Shown piece after piece: positions 63,942 to 64,000 of a stretch of DNA of 64,000 bases. Made by a program: the position numbers and the translations under genes. Below the pieces are notes generated by a model, which made no database searches, had not been told where the DNA came from, and saw only the letters and a program-made list of their open reading frames with translations. This stretch comes from Octopus bimaculoides. Taxonomy: Eukaryota. Numbering within the stretch: position 1 is the stretch's first letter; every line of letters starts with the position of its first letter. Location of the stretch: the NCBI RefSeq assembly GCF_001194135.2, contig NC_069002.1, positions 15,320,162 through 15,384,161 on the forward strand. The letters are read 5' to 3'.

Positions 63942-64000
<59 letters not shown>

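Noticed and set aside
1-64000. CRISPR array, rRNA or prokaryotic operon
   Set aside because: No regularly spaced repeat-spacer array and no rRNA similarity; spliceosomal introns and SINEs show the window is eukaryotic.

Overview
AT-rich, microsatellite-laden eukaryotic scaffold with six N-gaps. The SINE repertoire matches what I recognise from octopus genomes (inference). There are two genes. (1) A large minus-strand multi-exon gene that the ORF track mostly misses. I reconstructed 15 consecutive GT-AG exons with consistent phases (44921 to 4652, 785 codons), plus a downstream exon (544-430) and tentative flanking exons. It encodes discoidin/F5-8C, Ig-like, linker, VWD, Cys-rich and EGF modules (VWDE-like). 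(2) A single-exon plus-strand 1053-aa ORF (47377-50538) with an N-terminal SKICH domain and a coiled coil (TAX1BP1/CALCOCO-like) but no C-terminal zinc finger, probably nested antisense in an intron of gene 1. The rest is mobile-element debris: at least five modular SINE families; RTE, R4/Dong, CR1/L2 and Penelope-like fragments; a full-length DD37D (maT) transposon; mariner, hAT and other MITEs; a Merlin-like fragment; and two decayed hammerhead-like motifs. The most notable oddities are an RTE 3' end with three intact C2H2 fingers and a TIR element flanked by a 77-bp direct duplication. All domain calls are by-eye motif recognition; no searches were run.
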